64,000 nt of DNA from Nemertoderma westbladi (Eukaryota > Animalia > Xenacoelomorpha). This document shows positions 51,201-63,372 of the stretch, piece by piece. The first letter of the stretch is position 1. Every line of letters starts with the position of its first letter. The translations under genes were made by a program, and so were the position numbers. The notes beneath the pieces are model-generated. The model ran no database searches. It worked only from the letters and a program-made list of their open reading frames with translations, and was not told where the DNA came from. The stretch covers positions 55,353-119,352 of the forward strand of contig JAUCBJ010003424.1 of the NCBI GenBank assembly GCA_032718475.1. The letters run 5' to 3'.

Positions 51201-52740
51201 GATATACAGTAGGGTAGGTCGATTTTTACTTTTTTTGGATATCTAGATTTTCTCATTGATAAAAAGTGGCCTTGGGTCCTAAAACTTTGTAGAAACGAAA
51301 TTTTAACTCCTAAAAATCATGTTTGACCCCTGCACTGGACGTCGTCCAGTTCCCGCCCTAGCCGCTAGTGAGTCATTTTCCCAATTATTGTGATGATCAA
51401 CTTCTAGTATTCCTACCGCATTGATATTATGCTCATTAGAACCGCAATGACCGATTTAGTTGGTGTAAACACCTTCAAAACAAGCATAGAGCGAGTAGTT
51501 TTTGAGATATTGCAGAATATGTGAAGTCCGGTACAAGTCAACATTAGCGCCTTGATGCGGTATTGACAAATACACTAAAAATGATACTTCTAATTATCTC
51601 AAGGCATCCACAATTTACACATAACTGCAATGATCAATTTAGGGGATGTTGACACTCTAAAAATATTAATTGAGTGATTAGTTTTCGAGTTATTGTACAA
51701 AATGTCAAGGTTAGGTCCACCAATTAATGACCTTATATTGAGCTGACTCAGTCCAGACGTTTTGTACAATAACTCGAGAACTAATCACTGAACTCATATT
51801 ATTAGAGTTTCAACATCCCCTAAATTGATCACTGCAGTTATGTGTAAATTGTGGATGCCTTGAGATAATTAAAAGTATCATTTTTAGTGTATTTGTCAAT
51901 ACCGCATCAAGGCGCTAATGTTGACTTGTACCGGACTTCACATATTCTGCAATATCTCAAAAACTACTCGCTCTATGCTTGTTTTGAAGGTGTCTACACC
52001 AACTAAATCGGTCATTGCGGTTCTAATGAGCATAATATCAATGCGGTAGGAATACTAGAAGTTGATCATCACAATAATTGGGAAAATGACTCACTAGCGG
52101 CTAGGGCGGGAACTGGACGACGTCCAGTGCAGGGGTCAAACATAATTTTTAGCGCTCTATGCTTGTTTTGAAGGTGTCTACACCAACTAAATCGGTCATT
52201 GCGGTTCTAATGAGCATAATATCAATGCGGTAGGAATACTAGAAGTTGATCATCACAATAATTGGGAAAATGACTCACTAGCGGCTAGGGCGGGAACTGG
52301 ACGACGTCCAGTGCAGGGGTCAAACATAATTTTTAGGAGTTAAAATTTCGTTTCTACAAAGTTTTAGGACCCAAGGCCACTTTTTATCAATGAGAAAATC
52401 TAGATATCCAAAAAAAGTAAAAATCGACCTACCCTAATATATACAGGTCAGTCTCGACGTTATCAATATGTTTTGAAACGTACCGAAAGATGTAGGAGAA
52501 AACTCTTATATATCTTAGAAAGAATTTCCTCGAATTTACTAAGGGGACACAAACCCAAAACCCAGCCAAGAGGGGTGGTTTACAAAATACCGTGTACATG
52601 TGGAAACGTTTAAAACGTTTATGGGTGAGACTCAATACTCGATAGATGTCCGCATCCGTAAACACCATGCAGACTTAATGAATCAGCGATGGGGAGCGAC
52701 AGATTTGGCTTTCCAACACGGGAAAACGGGACATGTACGT
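50700..52740 (+). pseudogene. Decayed Penelope-like retroelement (RT N-terminal half plus GIY-YIG), interrupted by a MITE
   Basis: Manual translation gives PADKGNKTVVLE (~50747), YGNQKVNKDGVSLRNIVAFTNAPCGKVATYLA and SYIKNSTAFI. After the insertion it continues IQVSLDVINMF*NVP, then GVVYKIPCTCGNV..MGETQYSIDVRIRKH (GIY-YIG). Stops and frameshifts are present. Confidence 0.85.
51210..52436. mobile_element. Foldback non-autonomous DNA transposon (hAT-like, TAGGG termini)
   Basis: ~500-bp near-perfect inverted arms (51210-51706 vs 51756-52436). ATATACAG lies at 51202-51209 and again at 52439-52446, offset by an extra AT. Confidence 0.85.
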
Positions 52741-53365
52741 ATTAAATGATTCGTTCTGAGAAAACCCCGAAAATGCCCGTTTGCCACAATATGATAGGAT
52801 AATTGGCCTTGAAATAATTAATGGAGTGATTTTTGAAGTAGGTCTACTGTATTACAGTAGTATTAGAATGAATAGGTTGCCTATGCCTACTCAACACCTA
52901 ACAGTATATTTAAATGAGTCAATGGCGCGGATTGACCGCAAACACAAAATAAATTTTCGTGGGTTTGAAAAATTAATTTAATTTAAATAAAAACATTAAG
53001 GGAAAGGAGCAGGTTACATTGGCAGTATTTTGCTAACCAATACAATAAACTATACATTATTTCACTTGCGGTCAATTTGCGCTGAAGATCACGATTTTCG
53101 CATGCGGTCAAAGTAGGCCTACGCCACTATCTGATTTAAATAGCTGGAAATTTGTAAAGCTTATTTTAACCTTTGACGAAAATCTGGGGGGGGGGGGGGG
53201 GTCCAGTTACACACTACTACTACGACTGTAGGATCGGCACGCTGCATTGTAGCTGCATTTTTAAGAATGCTGTGCCGGCTTATCGACAAAATTGCACCGC
53301 CACAACTCCCTATCACCCATGACATTTGCTAGATCATCTGCATCTTTAAGGCCAGTGTCCTTTAA

Positions 53366-54634
53366 CCCTATTACCACTGGGGTGTTTTGACCATTAGCAC
53401 CACTGGGGGGGGGGGGGGGGGGGGGCGATTCGGCCCACCCACTATATTTTTGTAGTCGTCTAATGAAATCCTACAAAATTTGGGATGTTGGTGAAACAAC
53501 TATAGATGAACACTACCAAATCTTAAAAAGTTAAAATTTCATGAGCAGGGTCTCATAATTTTGATTAAAAATAAAAGTAGTCCCAGGACAAAATTACAAA
53601 ATTTTTCGTTTTCTAAAAACTAATAGTGTGGCAGTGTTGGCTAGATTTAGTAGGTTTTTCCAGACGCTGAATCGAATGTGATTATATTCCACTTCCAAAA
53701 ATTGAAGTGGATGCTATTTTTCGTGCACCTAAGAAGTGGGCGTGGCACTTCAAATTTTGAAAAATTAGATATTCAGAAAATGCCCCTAATTTTTTTATTT
53801 CAACGCATATTTATGGGTTTTCTGGGCCGCTGAATCGATTGAAAGTAATATAGAAGCCTGAAGACTGAGTGGTTCGCCATTTTTGGTGCACCAAAATTAG
53901 GGCGTGGCACTTCAAATTTTGAAAAATACGAGATTCGGAAAATAAACCAAAATTGAAATTTTAACGGATTTATATAGGTTTTCCAGACCGCTGAATCGAT
54001 TGAAAGAAATATAGAAGCCTGAAGACTTAGAAGTTAGCCATTTTTTGAAATCAAAACTTTAGTGTTTTTTCCGAATAAAGAAATTTTGAAAATTTGAAGT
54101 GCCACGCCCTAATTTTGGTGCACCGAAAATTACGTACACAAAGGATTTGAGGCTTCTATATTACTTTCAATCGATTCAGCGCTCCAGAAAACCTATAAAA
54201 TTAATTTGAAATCAAAACTTTAGTGAATTTTCCGAATCTCGTATTTGTCAAAATTTGAAGTGCCACGCCCTAATTTTGGTGCTCCAAAAATGACGTACCA
54301 CTACACTTACATACTTGTATAGAGCATTAGAGTGATCCCTACCAATAAAAATAAATAAAAATAGCCCAAACATAAATAATTACTAAATCACGAATGACTT
54401 TGTAAAATTCGAAAATTTCAAAAAATTTGGTGCTGGAGACCAAATTTTGAGGTGGCACCCACATCGAAAAGTAGAAATCCAATTGCAACGGCGTTTTTTG
54501 CAAAAGATGCGGCATTAAATTTGGCTAATTCTCACAAAAAATTGGGCCGGTACGTAATGTGGTTGCATAGTTACAGCAACTAAAAACAAGGAAGGGGCCG
54601 ATTCGGCCCCCCCCCCCCCCCAGTGGTAATAGGG
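53366..54634. mobile_element. piggyBac-type MITE
   Basis: TTAA|CCCTATTACCACTGGGG ... CCCCAGTGGTAATAGGG|TTAA, with internal direct and inverted subrepeats (GGGCGTGGCACTTCAAATTTTGA). Confidence 0.88.
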
Positions 54635-54638
54635 TTAA

Positions 54639-56175
54639 CCCTATTAAACCCGGGGGTTTTCCCTCCCGTGGTTTTATTATAGTAATTCTGAAACAAACGC
54701 AGTTGGGAATCTGAAATTTTATGACTTTTCCTAAAAATAGTAGTGAAAACCGTTTTCAAAAATATTGGGTAGTTTTCGAGTTATAGCACCATTTTTTAAC
54801 CCTACTTTTGGCACTTTTTTGGAGACGTTTTTTGAAAATTACATTTCATTAAATATTAATTGTAACATCTCTATTTTTGATTTACACCGGTATTTTGGTG
54901 TTAGCAATTGGATGGAATTTATATAAATTGATTTAGAAATTTCAAACTTGTTTTTTTCGGCGGGTGCCGAATTTTGGTGCCAGCACCAAATTTTGAAATA
55001 TGTCAATTTTGTAAATTGATTGTTTGAAACTTGTTTTTTACGCAATTGGGGTTTTTTGGGGTTCTGGTTTCGATGAAATATATAAGAGCTGCACCAAGCG
55101 TATCAAACTTGTATTTTTCGGTGCTGTGTGCAAATTTTGGTGCTAGCACGAAATTTTGAAAATCCATTCAATAGATAAAATTGCTTGTGACAAATTATTT
55201 CTTGCATTTTAGAGGTTTATGACTGTTCTGAATTCAATGGAATATATATTTATCGAACTAGACATCTCAAACTTGTATTTTTCGGAAGTGGGTGCAAAAT
55301 CTGGTGCTAGCACCAAATTTTGAAAACCATCAAATATATTAATTGATTGTGTCATCTTGTTTCTTGCGTTATACGGGTTTGTTAGGGTTCTGAATTCAAT
55401 GGAATCAGTAAAAATTTCATAGGAGTTTTCAAACTTGTATTTTTCGCCGGTGGGTGAAATTGTTGTGCCAGCACCAAATTTTGGAAAATGAGTAAATTGA
55501 TCAGTAGATAGTATCACCTTGTTTCTTGCGTTATACGGGTTTATGGGGGTCCCGAATCCGATGGAATCAATAAAAACAGCACTGGGCATGGCAAACATGT
55601 ACTTTTTGGTGATGGGTACGAAATTTAGTGCTAGCACCAAGATTTTCCAAATTACGCCGAAAAATACAAGTAGCAATGATCTGGCATATTTGAAATGTAT
55701 TCCATTAGAATCAGCGCCCTAAAAAACCTGAAAATGTGAATTTATAGCATCGTATAAGTGAGTTAAAAAATTTGCGTTCTAACTGAAAAGTGCTGGTTAC
55801 TTGTTTTTTTCATTTTTTTCCTACGCATAGAGGACTAAACATCCATTTATGGTAATCATATCATTTTTAAATATTTTCCAATGTATTTTGCGCCCCAGAA
55901 AACCTGTATTGAAAAACAATTTGCCGAAAAATGTAACTTTCAAATTTTGTGAAAATTGTGCACTAATTGTAATTTTGGTGCTGCAATATTACCACCCCAG
56001 TACATTTTTTCGAAATTTTTTTTTTTCGGTCGGATCCAGACTAGTGATACCTACGTACAAACAAAAAATCAGACGTTTTCGTTAATATTTGCAGATTTTA
56101 GAGGGAGGGGTCAATATGACCCCCCCCCCCCCCCCCGGTATTTGTACAGCATTTTATAGCCCGGTACTAATAGGG
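54639..56175. mobile_element. Second piggyBac-type MITE, directly adjacent to the first
   Basis: TTAA|CCCTATTAAACCCGGG ... CCCGGTACTAATAGGG|TTAA, with internal ~160-180-bp degenerate repeats containing TGGTGCTAGCACCA. Confidence 0.82.
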
Positions 56176-56554
56176 TTAAGATGCGTCTCAAGAAAGTCAT
56201 GGGCTGTCCACCATGCTTATTCACTCCATGAGGCTGCCAAAGTACAAGATTATGCACTGGCTGGTCCTCACGGCGAAAGCAATGTCCTGCAAAACGCAGG
56301 CGATTAGGCCTATTACACTATAGAGTATGTGTTCTTTAGTCTCAGGTAATAGACAGATCTCATTTAATGATTGTCAGTCATTAAACATTACCACTGCAGA
56401 AGGCTTATATCCAAAATTGTTTATTTCTCAAAATATTAGGCTTATTATTTTTTGATGGGATTTCGGTGTATTTAATTGTCTAAGTTTTCAGAGGCATTGA
56501 CAGTATATTAAATAAATTATTTGAATATCATTCATTACTGCATCGACTGTATTT

Positions 56555-57018
56555 AGTACTGCGTTGATTATATTCCTATAAACCACCTGGCTTCGCATAT
56601 TGAACGTGCGATTGGAAATAAGTTCGTGCTACCTTTCCGTGGGTGGTAGATGTCGCGGTTATGTATTGGTGGATGAGAAGGGTGGCGGGGGGGGGGGGGG
56701 GGTGCAGATTAAAAGGGCTGAACACGTGCTGTCCCTCTTTCTTTGATTGATTGTCGGTGTGGTTAAATTTCTAAATTTTACTAATTTATGGCGGGGTAGC
56801 TCAGTTGGTTGAGCGCCGGGCCTGCAATCTATTGGTTGTAGGTTCAGCCCCGCTATCGAAAGAGGAGCCTTCGGGTCGCCTCCGGCTTCGGCCGACTGTT
56901 TGCTTTTTGCTTTTTACTAATTTATAAAGTTAAATACTGATTTTGTGATACAGTCGCTCGATTTTAATTTGTATCTCATAATTGGGCCTCGTGCTGCGCG
57001 AAGGCCCCACGAACGTGT
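56555..57018 (+). repeat. Dispersed repeat copy, inverted relative to 61988-62286 and containing a SINE insertion
   Basis: Reverse-complement match along its length, ending GGGCCTCGTGCTGCGCGAAGGCCCCACGAACGTGT. Confidence 0.85.
56790..56911 (+). mobile_element. tRNA-derived SINE (head plus tail, core missing)
   Basis: GGCGGGGTAGCTCAGTTGG...GGTTCAGCCCCG, then GAGGAGCCTTCGGGTCGCCTCCGGCTTCGGCCGACTG. 14-bp TSD TTTTACTAATTTAT at 56776-56789 and 56912-56925. Confidence 0.9.
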
Positions 57019-57674
57019 TCTGTTGTTCTGTCGTTCAGTCGATTGTTGTGTCCAATTTTAAACGTTAATAACTCAGCCAAATGTTAATGAAATTTAACCA
57101 AACGTGGTACACATGTAGTCTGGCAAAAGTTTAGAAATTTTCCAAGTTGAATTTTCGTGTGGCCTTCGAGAAGCTAAGATAATTGCAATTAATTAGTTAA
57201 TTAAATTGATTACGGTAAAAACTGCATTTTCAACCTGCCTTTTAAAGGAAATTAATTATTTTGCAGTATAAGATTTAAATAATTATACTCAAAAATTATA
57301 CAGATGTAATCCACATACCCAATTCTACAGTATTATAGTTTATAATTAGTTCAAGTGATTTGCTTTAAATAAATGTGTCTTTAATTGATCTAAACGTAAT
57401 TAAAGCGGCACAATTATTGAGTACAAATTTAATCCTTCCCATTATTGGTCAACATAGTCTCTGCGGGGGTGTAGAGCTGTTAGCTGGCTGGGAGATGTTG
57501 GTGTAGGCTTACCAGAGGGGAATTGTACTGTAATAGGCAGCCAGTAGTATTGCTATAGCAACCCAGACATAAATCCCACCATACACTGCCTGTATTTCAA
57601 TTCATATTGACTCTATACTATAAATGTGGGGCGAGCGACGAAAGTAAGCGAGCTTAGCATACAGGTACCACTAG
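57019..57674 (+). mobile_element. Non-autonomous Helitron/HINE-like repeat, copy 1
   Basis: (TCTGT)-type microsatellite, ACCAAACGTGGTACACATGTAGTCT motif and CTAG at 57671-57674. About 500 bp is repeated directly at 60268-60739. Confidence 0.5.
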
Positions 57675-57708
57675 CTCAATCGGTGTGTCTGTTGCTCTGT
57701 TGTTCTGT

Positions 57709-57985
57709 TGTTGTAAGGGAAATACCCAAACATGAAACAGTACGACACTGTCAAGTATAATAAAACGTAAAAGGTCTCATAAACTAATAACTGTATAATA
57801 TAATAAGATAGAACTGACAGGAATATAATATAACAGTATAGAACCACACAGTAAGGGACGCATCAGCTGGATAGCCCAATCACCATGATAGTCACTATGA
57901 ATATAATCAACTTACAATGAGTAAACTAATAACTACTATATATGGATAATATATGACCTATCTATACACGAATATATTTCGTACA
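57709..57985 (-). repeat. Putative 3' LTR of the second BEL/Pao element
   Basis: On the minus strand a PPT-like GGCGCGCGGGAG (57986-57997) precedes TGTACG... and the segment ends ...TACAACA. Confidence 0.65.
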
Positions 57986-58337
57986 CTCCCGCGCGCCAAA
58001 AAATTTTTTTACACAATTAAATATATTACAGAATTAACTATTAACCTTCATACGTACCTGATATATATTATACATACCATAAATTAAAGGGGGTAAAGTA
58101 AAATATTTCAATTATAACAATAACGAGGTCAAAAATAACAAATATACATATAGTTATTAACATGTACTGTTTGATCAAAAAAAAATTCACTATAAATATT
58201 TCATATAGGTTTTTACAAAATTTTGCACATAAATTGGTCATACGTAAATAGGGGCTTACTTAATAAAAACTTCCAGTGCGACTATTATTTTATTTTATAT
58301 TTTATTTTATTACATACGTTATGGTTTGATATACTAC

Positions 58338-60267
58338 TTATTCTGATTCGTAGTCTGAACTTGAATCATTTGTGGACATTATTTTGATTTTTTGTTTAGC
58401 CTCTTTAGCTGCTAAACGCTGAGGTCGTTCCATTGTTTTGATATCAGTCGGGGAAGCAGCTGGTTTAGGTGTAACATTCGCCGCTGTTATTTCACTCTCT
58501 TTAGCCGTAATTTCTAAAGGGTATAATCGTTTAACTGGTCTGGTTGTCCGCCCTTTATTGGTTCTAATGGTAACGTAACGAGTCTGGCCGTCGTTTCCAG
58601 GATGAAGTTCTAGAACCTTGGCTAATCTCCACTGTAGTCGAGGGGTGTGTTTGCTTCCTTCCACAAGAACAATGTCACCCTCTTTTACTTGGGGTCCCTT
58701 TTTCTCGTTCCATCTATGCTGTTCACGTAATGCCAATAAATACTCGGCAGACCAACGATTTCTGAAATCCCGCAATATCTTCTGTAAACGGTTTAGACGA
58801 TCGTTTATATTGGAGGTATTAATATAATCAGGATCCAAAAGATCGCCAATATCTGGATTACTGTCCGGAATATCAGTTAACCTATAACCACATAGTAATT
58901 GAGATGGTGTAATTGGTAGTAGGTCTTTGATATCGGAAGATACATAGGTTAGAGGTCTGTCATTGAGTATCGCCTCAACCCCTATAAGAAACGTTCTGAG
59001 TTCGCTAATAGTAAGTAACGCCTTTCCAATTACGCGTTTTATTGTAAGTTTTGTACAACGAATCATCCTTTCCCACATACCGCCCATCCAAGGGCTGGCC
59101 TTAGGAATAAGATCCCATTTTAACCGCTTTTCCAGCAGGTAGTCGCGAACCATAGGATCTTGTTGAATATTTAGTAGAATTTGTCTGGAAGAAGTGAAGG
59201 TGGTTGAATTATCACTTATTAGAATGGATGGGTAACCTCTTCTTCCAACAAAGGAACGGAAGGCTAAAAGAAATTCCAATGTTGAATTATCGAGAACCAA
59301 TTCAAGATGAATAGCTCTGGAAACAGTGCATGTAAATAGGGCAATATAAACCTTGAATACTTCTCCATTTTGTTTTGCTGCTAAACTTCCTGTATAATCA
59401 ACACCTACAGCTGAGAAAGGACGTTGAAATTGGACTCTGTAGTTAGGAAGTGGAGGAGGTAATGGAGACGCGTAAGGTTTACCTTGAATCCTAAGGCATT
59501 GTTCACATTTGCGAATCATAATTTTCACGCGTTGTCTACTAGATGGTATCCACCATCTTTGTCGAAGATATGCAACAGTACTAGACGTACCCTCATGACC
59601 ATTCCTACTGTGAGCATCTCGGATAATAAGATCTGTAAGATAGTGTTTCTTCGGTAATAATATGGGCTGCTTGGAATTCCAATCCAAATCAGCATTGGAT
59701 AATCTCCCATTGCTCTTTATAATATCGTCACTTAGAAATAACTGTAACTGTCTTACAAGATTTGGAGTGTTAAATTTCTTTTTGCTCAACAAAAATTCGA
59801 TTTCCTCCCCAAAACTTTCCCGCTGAACTTTATCGAATCCACCAATGCTCAGCTGTTTTGATGTCTTTCACTAACAAATATGGCTTCTGTTTGGTAATTC
59901 TCGTATCAGAATTACTATGCATAAGAATGCTGCCAACTTGTTGATGTTTTAATAAAATACTTTTTCGAATGTTGTCGATGTATTTCAAAATCCATGCAGT
60001 TACCTTCAACAGACGACTGTAACTGCTAAATAATTCCAAATTTATTGCTACTGGTTCAACTTCCGGAGGGTTAGAAGATTCTCCAACTCCGCATACTACA
60101 TCAACATCATTGTCCATAGTCTTGCATTGGAGAGACAACACCTTCTGTTGTGGCCAACTGGAATGATTTATTAACCATGGCGGACCGTGCCACCACTGGT
60201 CAGAAGATAACAAATTGTTAGCTGTAGTCCCCCTTGAAATAAGATCAGCTGGATAGAGGCTGGATAG
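58338..60267 (-). pseudogene. pol: 3' pol fragment (RNase H end plus integrase) of a second, distinct BEL/Pao family
   Basis: PADLISRG, WWHGPPWL, HxxNGH/CEQC, GVDYTG, SDNSTTF and SPWMGGMWERMIR. A 1-nt frameshift lies at ~59832 and the element is 5' truncated at ~60267. Confidence 0.93.
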
Positions 60268-60739
60268 GTAGTCTGGCAAAAGTTTAGAAATTATCCAAGT
60301 TGAATTTCCGTGTGGCCTTCGAGAAGCTAAGATAATAGCAATTAATTAGTTAATTAAGTTGATTACGGTAAAAACTGCTTTTTCAACCTGCCTGTTAAAG
60401 GAAATTACTTATTTTACAGTATAAGATTTAAATAATTATACTTAAAAATTATACAGATGTAATCCACATACCCCATTCTATTATAGTTTTTAATTAGTTC
60501 AAGTAATTTACATCAATAATTGTGTCTTTAATTGATCTAAACTAATAAATTTAATCCTGCCCATTATTGGTCAACAATAGTCTCTACGGGGGTGTACAGC
60601 TGCTAGCTGGCTGGGAGATGTTGGTGTAGCCTTACCAGAGGGGAATTCTTCTGTAATAGGCAGCCAGTAGTATTGCTATAGCAACCCAGACATAACTCCA
60701 AACATACACTGCCTGTATTTAAATTCCTATTGACTCTAT
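60268..60739 (+). mobile_element. Helitron/HINE-like repeat, copy 2 (partial)
   Basis: Direct repeat of ~57116-57616; resumes briefly at 61725-61743 after the hAT insertion. Confidence 0.55.
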
Positions 60740-61724
60740 TAGAGTTGAAACAGAGACCTATTTTTCTTAATCCCGGTGAACCAGAGACCTACCCAGAGAA
60801 TTATTTTGGAAAATACCGGAGACCAGAGCCAGAGATTAGAGATTTTGCTTATTTTTGTTCTTATAATTTGGTTATAGCAAAAAACAGGTACGTATGAACT
60901 GAGAACTATTTATGGTTGAATTACAGTAAATCCAACCGATTCAACCCTTACCTAATAAAAAAAATAAGCGCAAGTACAGTTTGGGTTAATGTTAAAAGAT
61001 ACATTAATTTGTTTTGCTACATAGGGACTTTGTGAAATATAAAAGGCACTGAATTCACAACTATTAAAATCATATACCTTTTAATGGACTCTATAAACTT
61101 GGTCATTTACGAATATAGTTAGTGCACAGGTCCAGTACTCTACTCGACCCTATTGCAAGTCTCGTTACGCTCGTTCTGTTCATTTGGTCGCCGTAATATA
61201 TAGCCTACAACAAGGTGAAAAGAGCTCAGCCTATACTATTACAAGTAAACTTTATGGTTTATGGCTCAAATTAAGCACCCTTATTAAATAAGAACTCTCT
61301 TTAGGTGCAAATTGAACTTAAAACTTATTAATTAAATTCCATTGTCAATTTAACATATTCACAAATGCAGAGTCTTATAATTATACTTAAAATGAAACGC
61401 ACCTTAAATTAAATAGAAGATTACCGGTTCATTTAGTGTGAGTCATGCTTAAAAATACGATAGAAGTTGCTATATAATTTTGTTGAAGCGGAGTATTAAA
61501 AATAGTTAAAAATTAAAGTAATTATTTTTATAGTAAAAAAATTGTTGTGATAAAATCTTCATTTATCATTTTATCTTGTACAAAATAAATATATATTTTT
61601 AATTTGAAAAATCGCTGATCTCTGGGTAAATTGTGTGTTTTCAATACCCGGGAACCAGAGACCGAAAAACTGCCCGGAGAATCCAGAGAACAGAGATCAG
61701 TGCCAAGTCTCCGTTTCAACTCTA
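60740..61724. mobile_element. hAT-type MITE
   Basis: TIR TAGAGTTGAAAC(A/G)GAGAC; perfect 8-bp TSD GACTCTAT at 60732-60739 and 61725-61732; subterminal CCAGAGA repeats. The empty site is visible in copy 1 at ~57609. Confidence 0.93.
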
Positions 61725-61987
61725 GACTCTATACTATAAATGTTGTATTACTTACTGTCTCAGGTGACAGAAGATATAATGACTGTTGTAGGCTTATAAC
61801 TGAAATAGTTTATTCCGCAATATATTTGTCTGGTTATTTTTTAATTGAATTTTTGCAAAGTAGTAAAATTAATGTTCTTAAAAATAATATTATTATTTTA
61901 TATGTAACCTAGGAAATTATCTACATTTTTTCGCTGCAGCTTTAAGAGTGTACATTGATTTAATATTATTTCCATACCCATATTACT

Positions 61988-62286
61988 ACACGTTCGTGGG
62001 GCCTTCGCGCAGCACGAGGCCCAGTTATGAGATACAAATTAAAATTGTGCGACTGTATCACAAAATCAGGTTATGAGAGATTAACCCACACCACCAATTA
62101 ATCAAAGAAAGGGGGACAGTACGTGTTCACCCCTTTTAATCTGCACCCCCCCCCCCCCCTCCCCACACCCACCAATACGTAACCGCGACATCTACCACCC
62201 ACGGAAGGGTAGCACGAACTTATTTCCAAACGCACGTTCAATATGCAAAGCCAGGTGGTTTATAGGAATATAATCAATGCAGTACT
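61988..62286 (-). repeat. Dispersed repeat copy, inverted partner of 56555-57018 (no SINE)
   Basis: Direct reverse-complement comparison. Confidence 0.85.
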
Positions 62287-62370
62287 CGTCTTCATTATAA
62301 GCCTCTTTGCGTTCGACCTGTTTTATATTAAAATATATTTGTTAAACGCAGGCTGACGCTCTTTATAATA

Positions 62371-62673
62371 CTAATACCTAGGGATGCCAGCTTCCAGACT
62401 TTCAATCTTTACTGCCACGCAAACCCCGCAGAGGAAGTCTTGGTTTGAGAGATCAAGCCCATCGGCAATTGGTGTTTCAATTTCGGTCCAGGAACTCTGA
62501 CAATGGGAGCATTCAATCTTAGCTGTGGTCCATTCCCATGGTTTCGGCTTCCTTTTCTTCGTCCCAATGACAGATTCTTCTGAAGACGTTCGATTCGCTT
62601 TCAGTTTATTGTTGGCGTTTGTGTTTTGAAGTTGTATTCGAGTGGACAGTCGCGCCGGTTTCGAGGTAACCAT
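62371..62673 (-). other. Short ORF with CxxC...CxxC, possibly a LINE ORF1 zinc-finger remnant
   Basis: CSHC-x21-CGVC preceded by a basic patch (KKRKPK); no further support. Confidence 0.3.
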
Positions 62674-63029
62674 ACCGACCTGTGATAAGCGTTGGTTTTG
62701 TGGGTAATATATATAATTTAGATAACTATTTTATATCTGTACTGTTGAGCAAACTCTACATAAATTCCAACCTGTGTATCGCCGGTAGTGCTGTTGCTGT
62801 GCAAGTGCTGAAATGCTAGTTGCCACCGGTCAGCCGGTACCGGTAGTAGGGTGGTACCATGGCCTACTACACACAGGCCATGACAAGGACTTTGCTGTGA
62901 AATTAGCGTAGGCTGACTGCTGAATTATGAAATATTATATTTTCCACGAATGCAGGGTCCATATTTAAAAGAAGATAAGTAGATTTTCGTAAATAATTTA
63001 ATTGAAACAGTATTTAATAATTAATAAAT

Positions 63030-63372
63030 TAATTAACGCTCGAGTTCCTGCAGCTTTTATTTGTTTGTGGCTGCCTCTGGCTATGTTTGTGGCAGGAATG
63101 TTTGAACGCTTATAAGTCAGTCAATCAAGGATGAAATGGAACCAAACTTGGTACACATGTAGTCTATAACAAATTTTGAAATTCTACACACAGATAGACT
63201 TATACAGTTCCCCTGTCTGCCGCTAGGGGGCGAATTAACAGGAACGTAAAAATACGAGCATTGCCTAAGAGCATTGCTTAATTAGAAATTCTACAGAGAC
63301 TTTTACAGTTCCTGTCTGCCGCTAGTGGGGAATTGTTAGAGCTCCAGTTCAACGTGCTTAGCACGGTTTAAT
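63030..63372 (+). mobile_element. HINE/Helentron-like non-autonomous element
   Basis: ACCAAACTTGGTACACATGTAGTCT (shared with 57098), two copies of CTGTCTGCCGCTAG, subterminal GCTC(G/C)AGTTC at both ends and a 3' hairpin CGTGC-TTA-GCACG. Confidence 0.5.
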
